Below, one piece after another: positions 17,766 to 27,318 of a DNA stretch of 32,000 nt. The notes beneath the pieces were generated by a model. It ran no database searches and was not told the DNA's origin. It saw nothing but the letters and a program-made list of their open reading frames with translations. The stretch spans positions 4,157 to 36,156 of the forward strand of contig DACJ01000105.1 in assembly GCA_002494765.1 (NCBI GenBank), read 5' to 3'. The position numbers and the translations under genes were made by a program. The stretch comes from Euryarchaeota archaeon UBA186 (GTDB lineage: Archaea; Thermoplasmatota; UBA186). Position 1 is the first letter of the stretch. The number at the start of each line of letters is the position of its first letter.

Positions 17766-18739
17766 CCGCTTCTCTCCTTCCCGGTCAACAAGAAATAGGC
17801 CAGAAGGGCTTCGATCTGTATACGCTCATCGCCGCCCTCTACAAGCCTGAACTCCGTCTCCCCCATTCTATCCACCAGATTCACCTTAAAATCATCCCCT
17901 ATATTCAACTTGAATATCTCCCTATGCATGCTCCTTATCACATCCTCCCCCGAGAGACCGTACTCGAGAAGAAGCCTATCAAGCGCTTTCCTTGCCCCTT
18001 CGAAATCTCCCTCGATCGCCTTTGTGATCATGTCGCTTACCATTTCCGGACTGGCGGAAGAACCGCTTTTGTACACCGCATCGGCATCGATGATCTTGCT
18101 AACGGTCGCAGCAACTTGGAGAGTGTTGATCGCTTTCCTCATATCGCCCCGTGCCAGATAGACCATCGCCTCTATCCCATCGTCTTTGAGGTCCAACCCC
18201 TCCTCTCTGGCCACCCTCTTCAAAGATTGGGTCATTTCGTCCCTTAACAAAGGCCGAAATCTGAAGACAGAGGTCCTTGATTGGATTGGTTCTATTATCT
18301 TGGAAGAATAGTTGCACGAAAGGACGAACCTGCACGTGGAGCTGTACCTCTCCATCGTGCGGCGGAGAGCGGCTTGAGCATCTGAAGTCAAGGAGTCAGA
18401 TTCATCCAGAAATATTATCTTGAAAGGCGCATCTCCCAGTGGAGCCGTCCTGGCAAAATCCTTTATCTTGGTCCTCACGGTCTGTATTCCCCTCTCATCG
18501 CTCGCGTTTAACTCCTGGAAACTGGCCTGCCAATTATCTCCAAAAAGTTCCCTGGCGATGGCTATCGCGCAGGTGGTCTTACCGGTGCCAGCAGGGCCTG
18601 CAAAAAGCATATGGGGTACCAATCCCTTTTTTACATACCCCTTCAACCTTCTTACGATTTCGACCTGGCCCACCACCTCGTTAAGAGTTTTAGGGCGATA
18701 TCTCTCAACCCATATCTCGAATTCATCCCTGCTAGCCAT
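17762..18739 (-). CDS. rfcS: Replication factor C small subunit
   Basis: Motifs WVERYRPKTLNEVVGQ, Walker A GPAGTGKTT, FLDESDSLT and SRTSVFRF. 325 aa, no intein. Confidence 0.95.
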   Translation of the reverse strand: MASRDEFEIWVERYRPKTLNEVVGQVEIVRRLKGYVKKGLVPHMLFAGPAGTGKTTCAIAIARELFGDNWQASFQELNASDERGIQTVRTKIKDFARTAPLGDAPFKIIFLDESDSLTSDAQAALRRTMERYSSTCRFVLSCNYSSKIIEPIQSRTSVFRFRPLLRDEMTQSLKRVAREEGLDLKDDGIEAMVYLARGDMRKAINTLQVAATVSKIIDADAVYKSGSSASPEMVSDMITKAIEGDFEGARKALDRLLLEYGLSGEDVIRSMHREIFKLNIGDDFKVNLVDRMGETEFRLVEGGDERIQIEALLAYFLLTGKERSG

Positions 18740-18781
18740 CGCCTAATCAACTGGGTTCTACCCTTTAAACTTACGGTTCGT

Positions 18782-20062
18782 CTAAACAAACCGATCAGGA
18801 AATCTGGGAAATGAGGCACAGGTCCTGTAGTAGTTAGCGGTTGGGCGATTTCCGTTGTGGGCATCCGCCAATTTTAGAAGGGATTCTGCCTTGATCTGGA
18901 GCGCGGCTTCGCTTCCCGGATGATTCAGCAGCACCATCTCGGAGAGTTCAAGCGCGATTCGATTTTTACCGCCATCCAGAGCTTGACGGGCGTGATCCAG
19001 AACCTTATCGACAGATCCTGTCAAGTTGATGATCTCCTCACCCAGCTCTTTCCTTGAGGGAGGATTCAGATTGACGGGATTGCCGTCGAACCATCCGACG
19101 TAATGAGTATAAATGGCTCTGATGCAGTATGGAATGTACCCATAAATCTGTCTGAGATAGGGTTCTTCCATATAATCTGGCAGTTCTAGACCATCTAGAA
19201 CCTCGTCGATAGGCCTGAACTCCCGTACCGCTTCCATAGCTTTGCCATGAACGTATAGTATGGCCTTCTTGTAGCTGGTCAGAGCTCTTGTGATTTCCTC
19301 ATTACCGCTCAAAGTTGGACCATGACCTGGGACAAGATACTTCGGCTTCAATGCTAAGATCCTGTCCTGGGCAGATGCCCAATCCAGCACAGGTCTTGGG
19401 GATGTACCCCTAATGGTGTAGAGGTTGGGGAAAAACCGGTAGAAATTATCGCCTGAGCATACCACATCGTACTGGGGTACGTGCACCATGATATGATCGG
19501 GCGTTTCTCCAGGGGCGTGCATCAGGTTGAAGGTTATTCCCCCAAGGATAAATGAGTAGCGGTCATCGAAGGTTTGGGTGGGCCCGACGATTTCAGTCAG
19601 ATCTAGATCCTCCCACCTCAACCCAACGGAGAAGTCGGGATCGCAGATCATCACGGGCAACCTTTCCTCCTCGGGAAGAAGGATCCCAAACATTGCCGCC
19701 GATCTTGCCCTTCCGCTCAGGCCCAACGATTCCTGAAGGTCCATCTCTTTTTTGAAATCCTCATGCGCTATTACCGTCACCTCATCTTCTTTCGTTGCTC
19801 CGTCCTCGAAAATTGCTCTAGTGCCCTGGTAATGGTCCTGATGGTTGTGGGTGTAGATCACGTATTTAACGGGTTTATCCGAAACCTCGCGAAAATCTTT
19901 CAGGATTTCTCGAGCGGCCTCGATGCTCTCAGTGGTGTCGATGATGACTGATCCTTCCGGAGTTATGACCATGGTCATGTTCGCCAGAGCATAGCCAACA
20001 CCCGCATAGACGTTATCAGTTACCTTTACCATCTTCCCTTTTTTAACGCTCGATTTTGTCAT
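18782..20062 (-). CDS. Alkyl/aryl-sulfatase-like metallo-beta-lactamase hydrolase (SdsA1/Bds1 type, MBL + dimerisation domain, no SCP2 tail)
   Basis: MBL motif THNHQDHYQG plus GETPDHIMVHVP, NLYTIRG and YVGWFDGNPVNL, followed by an alkyl-sulfatase dimerisation-like helical domain. Confidence 0.7.
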   Translation of the reverse strand: MTKSSVKKGKMVKVTDNVYAGVGYALANMTMVITPEGSVIIDTTESIEAAREILKDFREVSDKPVKYVIYTHNHQDHYQGTRAIFEDGATKEDEVTVIAHEDFKKEMDLQESLGLSGRARSAAMFGILLPEEERLPVMICDPDFSVGLRWEDLDLTEIVGPTQTFDDRYSFILGGITFNLMHAPGETPDHIMVHVPQYDVVCSGDNFYRFFPNLYTIRGTSPRPVLDWASAQDRILALKPKYLVPGHGPTLSGNEEITRALTSYKKAILYVHGKAMEAVREFRPIDEVLDGLELPDYMEEPYLRQIYGYIPYCIRAIYTHYVGWFDGNPVNLNPPSRKELGEEIINLTGSVDKVLDHARQALDGGKNRIALELSEMVLLNHPGSEAALQIKAESLLKLADAHNGNRPTANYYRTCASFPRFPDRFV

Positions 20063-20130
20063 TTACCACCTTGCGAGACATTTAACTATCCCCCGCCGGC
20101 TCGAAAAGCATCATAACGGAGAGGGTAAAA

Positions 20131-21336
20131 TCAGGGATGGCACCTGAACCTATCCCTTGGGAAGAGTACGGTCTCCCTGACATTGTCCAGTCCCATCATC
20201 GCCTGGATAAACCTATCAAAGCCAAGACCATAGCCACCATGCGGAGGCATCCCATACCTGAATGGTTCAAGATAATATTTGAAATCCTCCAAGTTTAAAC
20301 CACTCTCCTTAATATTATCGCACAGTACTGGGTAACGGTGCTCCCTCTGGCCACCGGATGAGATCTCTAGCCCCTTGTAGAACAGGTCGAAAGAGTTTGT
20401 TCTCTCGCCTTTTTTCATTATGTAAAACGGCTTTTCCTCCGCAGGGTAGTTCAAAATAAAGAAGAGATCGTCATCCACTTTTTCGCTTATCTCGACCTCA
20501 GCCTTTCTATCCATCTCTTCTCTTCCAACCATTGACAACGCCTCATCGTACTCAAGCCTTGGGAATTCTTTCAGTTTAATACCTGCTGCCCTTTCCAAAA
20601 CCCTATTGCACAGGCCTTCGAGGTTGTCGAGCACATCACCCATTTCCACAAAGGCAATCTCGGCATCGACTGATATGAACTCTGATAAGTGCCTTCTAGT
20701 AGCGCTCTCCTCAGCCCTAAACGCGGGAGCTGTCTCGAACACCTTATCAAAACCGCTCCCCATGAGCATCTGTTTGTACAGCTGGGGGGACTGAGCCAGG
20801 TAAGCGGGAGTGCCAAAATAATCCAGTTTAAAGAGGGTTGCCCCTCCCTCCATACCGGCCCTTACAATTTTTGGTGTATTCACCTCTATGAACCCTTCAT
20901 CGTAGTAGAAATCCCTTATCTCCCTCATCACCCTGGTTCTATTTCTGAATGTTTCGGTTACGTCCCTTCTCCTCAGATCGATTATCCTCGAATTGAGCCT
21001 GGTATCAAGATCCGCAGGAGTTCTTCCAGTCGGATCTAGAGGGAGGGGGGTTTCAGCCTTGTTCAAAACTTTAACCTCTTCGAGCAAAAGCTCCCAGCCG
21101 TTCATCACCTCTTCGTTCCCCTTTATTACCCCCTTAGCGGAAATGATGGATTCCTTTGGTATCGCTCGCACCTCTTTTATCAGATCTCCCTTACAGGTCA
21201 CCTGGAACAGGTTCCTGTCCCTCACCACGAGGAACACGATTTTCCCGAGATCTCTTAGATCCTGAAGCCAGCCCTCCAGCTTTAACTCTTTATCGAAATA
21301 TTTCTCGCTAATCTCGTCCGAATAGATTCTTAACAC
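20131..21336 (-). CDS. aspS: Aspartyl-tRNA synthetase, archaeal/eukaryotic type (class IIb)
   Basis: N-terminal OB fold (LEGWLQDLRDLGKIVFLVVRD), motif 2 FRAEESATRRHLSEF, motif 3 GGYGLGFDR. GTG start. Whether it discriminates tRNA-Asp from tRNA-Asn cannot be judged. Confidence 0.9.
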   Translation of the reverse strand: MLRIYSDEISEKYFDKELKLEGWLQDLRDLGKIVFLVVRDRNLFQVTCKGDLIKEVRAIPKESIISAKGVIKGNEEVMNGWELLLEEVKVLNKAETPLPLDPTGRTPADLDTRLNSRIIDLRRRDVTETFRNRTRVMREIRDFYYDEGFIEVNTPKIVRAGMEGGATLFKLDYFGTPAYLAQSPQLYKQMLMGSGFDKVFETAPAFRAEESATRRHLSEFISVDAEIAFVEMGDVLDNLEGLCNRVLERAAGIKLKEFPRLEYDEALSMVGREEMDRKAEVEISEKVDDDLFFILNYPAEEKPFYIMKKGERTNSFDLFYKGLEISSGGQREHRYPVLCDNIKESGLNLEDFKYYLEPFRYGMPPHGGYGLGFDRFIQAMMGLDNVRETVLFPRDRFRCHP

Positions 21337-21342
21337 CCTTGG

Positions 21343-21996
21343 TCAAATGAGTAGTGTATTAAACTTTTTTCTTTTGGCTTTCTGATGTTTATACGACCAG
21401 ATCAAGGCAACCAGATAGCAGCCTCCAAAGAGATAAGCGCCGATCACATCGCTGAACCAGTGGGCCCCCAGATATATTCGGGAAACCCCAGTGAAAACCA
21501 CAAGAAAAATTAACAGAAAAAGCAAGAAAGCCCTCTTACTTGACACGTTTCCCCATAAGATCCAGGCTACATAAATGATAAAACCATAAAGAACTACCAG
21601 ATTCATGACGTGCCCGCTCGGGAAACTATAATCCCAAAATGTGGCTATCTCACCCCAACTAGGCCTGATTCTCTGCACAGCCACCTTTATTATAGCGCAG
21701 AATATGCCGTTGAGGCCTGCGATTATGATGAAAACCGACTCCGGTTTATGGCCCCGGAACCATAACAAGACGAAGAGGATAGCGATAATTATGATGGAGA
21801 ACTCCTGACTTGCGATGAAGGTCGTGACCTTCATTAAACCCTCAAATGCGGGGTGGTCTATACTCTTTACAGCACGTTCGATGCTTTCCTCTCCCGGCAG
21901 TACTGCAAATCTCACGACCGATAGAGCGAGTACAACAGCTCCGATAAGTAGAGCCAAAAAGAGAATCTCGAGTCCTCTAGTTTTGATGTTCTTCAT
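21343..21996 (-). CDS. PAP2-family membrane phosphatase
   Basis: PAP2 motifs KVAVQRIRP, PSGH and SRIYLGAHWFSDV, with about six TM helices. ATGA overlap with the upstream thiolase gene. Confidence 0.8.
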   Translation of the reverse strand: MKNIKTRGLEILFLALLIGAVVLALSVVRFAVLPGEESIERAVKSIDHPAFEGLMKVTTFIASQEFSIIIIAILFVLLWFRGHKPESVFIIIAGLNGIFCAIIKVAVQRIRPSWGEIATFWDYSFPSGHVMNLVVLYGFIIYVAWILWGNVSSKRAFLLFLLIFLVVFTGVSRIYLGAHWFSDVIGAYLFGGCYLVALIWSYKHQKAKRKKFNTLLI

Positions 21997-22904
21997 CTAC
22001 GCACTCTTAACCCTAACTCTTTGAGGATCTCGCACCCCCTGCACGATTCTTTATCGCCTGACTTGGGCATGCCACAAAACTGGCAGATGTCTATGGGAAG
22101 ATCTCGACTTCTACACATTTTCGTTTTAATGTCCCACATGCTCTTCAAGAGACCATACCCCAGACTCGGATTTCTCTCCTCCAACCTGTAAACCATGTCC
22201 CTATAAAGATTTCTAACGTCGCCTTCGGCATAGGGGCATCTGCCACTATGGAAGTCACGTCCCTTGAGGGTACCGTAGAGATAAACCTCCTTTTCAGGAA
22301 ATATCTGAAGGGGCGCCAATCTTGGCACCATGCCCTCTATCTTCCTGTGAGGTGGCAATCTAACCACTTTTGAGAGATTTCCAGTGGTAAGGTTCATCAA
22401 GATCGTCTGGGAGACATCATCAAGGTTGTGAGCTAGACAGAGATAGTCAAGCTTGAGCGACAAGGAACGCTCGTTCAAGAGAAATCGCCTCAAAACTCCA
22501 CACACATCGCACGGTTTGAGCTTCGTCCTATTGACCATCTCATCCAGGGCAAGGCCAAACCTATCTGAAAATGAGACTACATGATGCTCGATGTCGAGCT
22601 CATCACAGGTCTTAATCGCCTTTTCCAGCGTTTTCCCTCTGTAACCCCTTATTCCCTCATCCACCGATATGGCACGAAGATCGATATTCAACTCAGAGAG
22701 CAGGTGGAGAAGAGAGGTACTATCCTTTCCCCCTGAGAGAGCTACTCCCACTCTTCCGAGCTTCGCCCCGGACCAGCTCCTCTGCTTCCTCAGCTCTTTC
22801 TTAAACCTGCGCTCAAAGAGCTGGATGAAGTGTTCTCCACAGAGACGTCTTCCACTATACCTTTGAAAAATGACTTCTTCTTCGGAACAGCGATCACAGG
22901 TCAT
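21993..22904 (-). CDS. TtuA/NcsA(Ctu1)-family tRNA 2-thiolation PP-loop ATPase
   Basis: N-terminal CDRC..CGEH zinc finger, PP-loop SGGKDS, CLAHNLDD, and C-terminal CQFC..CRGC. Confidence 0.8.
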   Translation of the reverse strand: MTCDRCSEEEVIFQRYSGRRLCGEHFIQLFERRFKKELRKQRSWSGAKLGRVGVALSGGKDSTSLLHLLSELNIDLRAISVDEGIRGYRGKTLEKAIKTCDELDIEHHVVSFSDRFGLALDEMVNRTKLKPCDVCGVLRRFLLNERSLSLKLDYLCLAHNLDDVSQTILMNLTTGNLSKVVRLPPHRKIEGMVPRLAPLQIFPEKEVYLYGTLKGRDFHSGRCPYAEGDVRNLYRDMVYRLEERNPSLGYGLLKSMWDIKTKMCRSRDLPIDICQFCGMPKSGDKESCRGCEILKELGLRVRR

Positions 22905-23017
22905 CCTTTTGATTAAAAGACCTTGTATCCCCCCTCTACGAACCCCCTGCTCACCTCATCTATATCTGATAAGTGGTTGCTCGATCCGCACTCAATTGAG
23001 TTGACGACCGGCCTCAC

Positions 23018-23167
23018 CTATACGCCCCTCGATTCCCTTGCTTTTGGTCTCAACTCTTTGGATCCACATTTCCTGCACTGCTTAGCCCTTGGACTGTTTC
23101 TGGCCCCGCACTTCATGCATATCTGCTTGTGCAACAGCCTCTCTTCAGCTACTGGGAATCTAGCCAT
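23018..23167 (-). CDS. rpl40e: Ribosomal protein L40e (eL40)
   Basis: Below the ORF-track cutoff. Own translation: [49 protein letters not shown]. CxxC..CxxC zinc ribbon and the characteristic MARFP..A..RLL.K.IC..C N-terminus. Stop TAG. Confidence 0.9.
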   Translation of the reverse strand: MARFPVAEERLLHKQICMKCGARNSPRAKQCRKCGSKELRPKARESRGV

Positions 23168-23185
23168 GAGCTCTCTATCCCTTGG

Positions 23186-23196
23186 ATATATTTAAA
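23186..23196 (-). promoter_or_regulatory. TATA-box-like element (TTTAAATATAT) for rpl40e
   Basis: Centred ~24 nt upstream of ATG 23167, implying a leaderless transcript. Confidence 0.45.
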
Positions 23197-23224
23197 GATT
23201 GCTCGGACACTTTTCTCTAAAGGG

Positions 23225-23672
23225 CTATGGCCGTCGCTTCGTTTTTTCCTTTCTCTTCATTCTCCATCCCATCCAGTCCTTAACCTCCATCGGCCTGCCA
23301 TCCACGTCGGAAAATGGTCTTGGAGGGTCCCTCTTCTGGGTAAAGAGAGAAACGGTCACGAGGAGCAGAATGGAGATCCCAAAGGGGGGCGCCCACATTT
23401 GCCTCCATAGTCGCTGGCAGGTAATATGAGATGAACCCAACCCAAGAGATTGTGCCCCCTATCAGAGACACCACCGCTCCGTACTGATTGGTCTTTTTCC
23501 AGAGCGTGCCCACGTACGTCCATAGGGGTAAACGTCTGCCGGCAACGATGAAATCGCTTACATTTTTGACCCTTTTAGAGGACCACCCCCCAACCAGCAG
23601 CATAACCCCCATGTAGATAACTATGCCTGTTATGACCCAATTCGCATAAGGGTAACCTTCAAAATCAAGCAT
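23225..23672 (-). pseudogene. Remnant of a sodium:solute symporter (SSS family): large internal deletion plus frameshift
   Basis: ORF 23280..23672 joins an SSS N-terminus (TM1 + DFIVAGRRLPLW) directly to a late-helix motif (WKKTNQYGAVVSLIGGTISW). The typical SSS C-terminus (ISILLLVTVSLFTQKRDPPRPF) continues in another frame (ORF 23225..23440). About 350 aa of a normal ~480-aa transporter are missing. Confidence 0.55.
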
Positions 23673-25043
23673 TTATGCCCCTAGTTTTAAGGTCCAAGCT
23701 ACCTCTTTAAAAGCCTCCAGATGGCGTTGTACGTCCTCCTCATCATGCTGAACCGATATGGTCCACTGCTCATCATGACCGAGAGGCAAGGGGATTACCT
23801 CCCTATTTAGCATCGCTATCCAATACTTAAACCATAGATCTTTGTCGCATCTCAAAAATCCCCTGTAATCTTTTACCTCATCGTCCGTGAAGAGTATGGC
23901 CCCCATGGGTCCTGCGGATTGGATCCTGGCTATGATGCCAGAATCCGCTATTATTTCGTTATATCCATTGATGAGTTTTTCGCCCAGCCTGCTCATGTGA
24001 TCGTAAGCCTTTTCCGTTAATATCTTGGTCAGCGTCACATATCCAGCTCTAATGGCCAATGGATTGGCGTTATAGGTTCCCATGTGAGCTACCCCGCCTG
24101 GTCGGACATGCTCCATTATCTCCTCTTTGCCGGCAAATCCTGCCAGCGGTATGCCCCCACCAACGGACTTTCCGAATGTGATTATGTCTGGCTCTATACC
24201 ATAGTATTCGCATGCACCTCCAGGTGCTATCTTGACCCCAGTTTTAATCTCGTCAAATATCAGGGGGATGTTATATTCAATGGTCAAATCTCTGATGGAC
24301 TGGAGGTAACCCTCTTCGGGTAACACTATACCCATGTTCATTGGAACTGGCTCCATTATCAAACCACCAATCTCATTGGGGTGCTTTTTGAAAATGGCCT
24401 CCATTGCCGCTAGATCGTTAAACGGCGCGACTATTGTGTTAGATAGCGTTTCTTTGGGTATCCCTGTGGACGAGGGGATTGGATATGGAAAACGGGGATC
24501 TCCACTATCTTTGGGGGGCTTTATGCTCACCAGCAAAGCGTCGTGACACCCGTGGTAGCAGCCCTCTATCTTGACTATCTTATCCTTACCGCTATAACCC
24601 CTGGCCAATCTTATCGCGTGCATCGTGGCCTCAGCCCCGGAGTTGCAGTACCTGACCATCTCCACCGGGAACCTCCTGATTATCTCCTTTGAGAGCTTCG
24701 CGGTCTCTTCGTGGGGGAGCGTGTACATGGTGCCGCTTTCCAGCTCTTCCCTGAGCTCTTTTACGAGTAGGGGGTGCGAATGGCCTATATTCAAAGCACC
24801 GAAGCACATGGCAAAGTCGATGTACTCGTTCCCATCCGCGTCCCAGATCTTCGATCCTCGGCCCCTCTGGACGAAGAAGGGATAGGGCTCAAAATAACGA
24901 AAATTGCTCCCAACTCCCAGGGGAGTGATATCTGAAGCCTCTTTATATAGATGCTCAGATCTCCTGGTCCTGTTCCTGTAAAATTCGATCTCATCGACCA
25001 TGAGGATTATATGGCTGCCATATTTAATAATAGCCTGTTCCAA
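23673..25043 (-). CDS. Class-III PLP aminotransferase (glutamate-1-semialdehyde aminomutase-like)
   Basis: Motifs GRGSKIWDADGNEYIDF, GALNIGHSHP, FDEIKTG and the PLP-lysine context TFGKSVGGG. The track start 25043 is TTG; ATG 25001 (MVDEIEFYRN..) is an equally plausible start. Confidence 0.85.
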   Translation of the reverse strand: MEQAIIKYGSHIILMVDEIEFYRNRTRRSEHLYKEASDITPLGVGSNFRYFEPYPFFVQRGRGSKIWDADGNEYIDFAMCFGALNIGHSHPLLVKELREELESGTMYTLPHEETAKLSKEIIRRFPVEMVRYCNSGAEATMHAIRLARGYSGKDKIVKIEGCYHGCHDALLVSIKPPKDSGDPRFPYPIPSSTGIPKETLSNTIVAPFNDLAAMEAIFKKHPNEIGGLIMEPVPMNMGIVLPEEGYLQSIRDLTIEYNIPLIFDEIKTGVKIAPGGACEYYGIEPDIITFGKSVGGGIPLAGFAGKEEIMEHVRPGGVAHMGTYNANPLAIRAGYVTLTKILTEKAYDHMSRLGEKLINGYNEIIADSGIIARIQSAGPMGAILFTDDEVKDYRGFLRCDKDLWFKYWIAMLNREVIPLPLGHDEQWTISVQHDEEDVQRHLEAFKEVAWTLKLGA

Positions 25044-25121
25044 CAGATGAATTTTTCAGAATTACTCCCGTGGCTAAACAAAATGGAAAACTTTAATAGA
25101 ATCCATTAAATAGGAGTGATC

Positions 25122-26306
25122 ATGAGAAAAGAATTCGTTCTTTTGTCAGCCTTTACCCTCCTAGCACTTCCATTGGGGGGAGGCCTGGTTACAGCTAGCA
25201 ATGAGAAATTGAATAGGGAATGGACCGTTGCAATGTACATCGATTCAGACAACAACATTGATTACTGGGGTTTTATCTATCTCGTAGAACACGCGATAGC
25301 TGAGCTAGTTCCCTCGCCAGAGGTGACCACCGTCATCTACTTTGATGCTCTCTCTCCAAAAGGGGTTCTGAAGATCATATACGATAAGGGCCTACCAGAC
25401 ATATCATACGAGAAAGAGAAGAACTTTGGGGACAGCGAGCTGCTGGCTCAGTTCGGAGTTGAGACCTTTACCAAGTATCCAGCTGAGAAGTACCTGCTCC
25501 TTATAATGAATCACGGTAGAGGATGGGGAGGAATCTGCGTAGATGATACTGATAATGGCGATGTGATATACACTCCAGAACTAGCCGATGCCTTATCGAA
25601 GATATCCTGTGCAATAGGAAGGCCGATAGACGTTTTGCAGTTTGATGCTTGTGCGATGGGCAACGTTGAGGTCATATATGAAGTAGCTCCATACGTGAAC
25701 TACTACATAGCCTCGCCAGAGGTCGTGTCCATGGGGACGCTAGTCTACCTGATCGACACCCTGCTCCTCGGATTGAAACCCCAAATATCGCCAGAGGAAT
25801 ATGCCAAATCAGTGGTCAGGACGAGTGGACAGTGGCTGACCGGAGGTTACCTTGTGGCCTACGACACGAGCGGGATAGACACACTAACACAATCCCTGGA
25901 TGAGCTAGCGGTTGCTCTTGGTACTGAAGAGTACAGGGAAGAGGTACTTGAGGCCTATACAAATACGAAGAAGTACTCCCCGGTCCTAGCGATCGAAGAG
26001 CATGACATACCGGTGTTCGTGGATATATACGACCTCGCCTCGGAGATTGAGAGCGGGATCTCAGACCCGGAGGTAAAGGAGCTCTGTAAAGAAGTGATAG
26101 AGAGGGTAGACGGGCTGATCATACTGAAATCGCTTTCTCCCTCTAGTGAGGCTGTTATCGGAAACGGGCTAAGTGGCACACTTATGCACTACGATGAAAC
26201 AATTCCAGATTGGGCGCACAAGGGCTTGCTCGATCAGTACTCGGTTCTCAAGTTCGCACAGGATACGGCCTGGGATGACCTGCTAGCGGAGGTGCTCTAC
26301 CTCTAA
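25122..26306 (+). CDS. Secreted clostripain-like cysteine peptidase (family C11)
   Basis: Signal peptide (FVLLSAFTLLALPLGGGLVTA) and WTVAMYIDSDNN. Catalytic His context LLIMNHGRGWGG; catalytic Cys context LQFDACAMG. Start placed at ATG 25122, with TAGGAG 5 nt upstream; the track GTG start is 25116. Confidence 0.75.
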   Translation: MRKEFVLLSAFTLLALPLGGGLVTASNEKLNREWTVAMYIDSDNNIDYWGFIYLVEHAIAELVPSPEVTTVIYFDALSPKGVLKIIYDKGLPDISYEKEKNFGDSELLAQFGVETFTKYPAEKYLLLIMNHGRGWGGICVDDTDNGDVIYTPELADALSKISCAIGRPIDVLQFDACAMGNVEVIYEVAPYVNYYIASPEVVSMGTLVYLIDTLLLGLKPQISPEEYAKSVVRTSGQWLTGGYLVAYDTSGIDTLTQSLDELAVALGTEEYREEVLEAYTNTKKYSPVLAIEEHDIPVFVDIYDLASEIESGISDPEVKELCKEVIERVDGLIILKSLSPSSEAVIGNGLSGTLMHYDETIPDWAHKGLLDQYSVLKFAQDTAWDDLLAEVLYL

Positions 26307-27169
26307 TTTTCCCCATCTTTTTTATTTTTTAATTTTTCGAACTCTTTTTCAGGTATGTTATAACAATGCTCTGGCCCGGGGAATTTTTCTGTCTTTACGT
26401 CTTTTTTATATCTGGTGAAAACTTTCACCATCTCCTCCCCCAGCTCCGCATACCTCTTCACGAATTTCGGTTTAAACAGCTCAAAGAGCCCCAGTATATC
26501 GTGAACGATCAGTAACTGACCATCGCATTCAGAGCCCGCGCCTATAGAATAGATCGGTATGCTCGCCTCTTTAACTATGATCCCCGCTACTTTCGCCGGC
26601 ACCGCCTCTAACAAGATGGCAAATGCTCCAGCATCTTCCAATATTCTAGCATCGTCGATAAGTCGGCGAGCCGTCTCCGCGTCCCGCCCCTGGCTCTTAT
26701 ACCCTCCTAACTGAGCGGCGAACTGGGGGGTCATACCGATGTGCCCGATGACGGGAATGCCGGCCTTAACTATAGCCAAAACCCTATCCGCCATTTGAGC
26801 CCCGCCCTCCAGCTTTATGGCATCTACACCACATTCAGCCATGAACCTGCCAGCATTGTAGATCGCTTCCTCGCTGGTGGCCTGATAGGACATATAGGGC
26901 ATATCGCCCACGACAAAGGCGTACTTGACGGCCCGGGTTACGGCCTGGGTCATCCAGACCATCTGATCCATGGTCGCTGGAAGGGTGGTTTTTTGGCCCA
27001 ACATCGTCATTACTCCCGAGTCGCCGACCAGAATCATCTCGATGCCAGCTCTATCCTCATAGAGAGCTGTTGGATAGTCATACGCCGTTAACCAGGAGAT
27101 CTTCTCGCCCTCCTCCTTCTTCCTGTACAGGTAGGGGATTGTTATCTTCTTTCGCTCTTCTTCCGACAT
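26303..27169 (-). CDS. panB: 3-methyl-2-oxobutanoate hydroxymethyltransferase (ketopantoate hydroxymethyltransferase)
   Basis: Motifs LTAYDYPTA, ILVGDS, GDMPYMSYQ and AIKLEGG. Stop TAG overlaps the TAA of the convergent C11 gene (CTAA). Confidence 0.9.
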   Translation of the reverse strand: MSEEERKKITIPYLYRKKEEGEKISWLTAYDYPTALYEDRAGIEMILVGDSGVMTMLGQKTTLPATMDQMVWMTQAVTRAVKYAFVVGDMPYMSYQATSEEAIYNAGRFMAECGVDAIKLEGGAQMADRVLAIVKAGIPVIGHIGMTPQFAAQLGGYKSQGRDAETARRLIDDARILEDAGAFAILLEAVPAKVAGIIVKEASIPIYSIGAGSECDGQLLIVHDILGLFELFKPKFVKRYAELGEEMVKVFTRYKKDVKTEKFPGPEHCYNIPEKEFEKLKNKKDGEN

Positions 27170-27237
27170 TTCGCACCTCCTCGGCCTTACAAGAATTAGG
27201 GCGACTTAACCTTTTTCCCGATCCGTTTTAAGGGTTC

Positions 27238-27299
27238 TTAACCTTATGAGCAATTCATCTACGCCCTAAAGGGCGGAGATTTCTTGCTCATAAGGTTAA
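27238..27299. repeat. 62-nt nested palindrome/hairpin (16-bp perfect outer arms, 4-bp and 5-bp inner helices, TAAA loop)
   Basis: TTAACCTTATGAGCAA-ttc-ATCT-a-CGCCC-taaa-GGGCG-g-AGAT-ttc-TTGCTCATAAGGTTAA. Lies between the panB ATG (27169, minus) and the cyclase start (27319/27334, plus). Confidence 0.8.
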
Positions 27300-27318
27300 T
27301 GATGAAAATATCGGCAAG

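Noticed and set aside
27299-27305. ATGATGA resembling a C box of a C/D-box sRNA just after the hairpin (also CTGATGA at 4523-4529)
   Set aside because: No matching D box (CTGA) or C'/D' boxes occur at the required 12-nt guide spacing downstream in either case. The second candidate lies inside an ORF.
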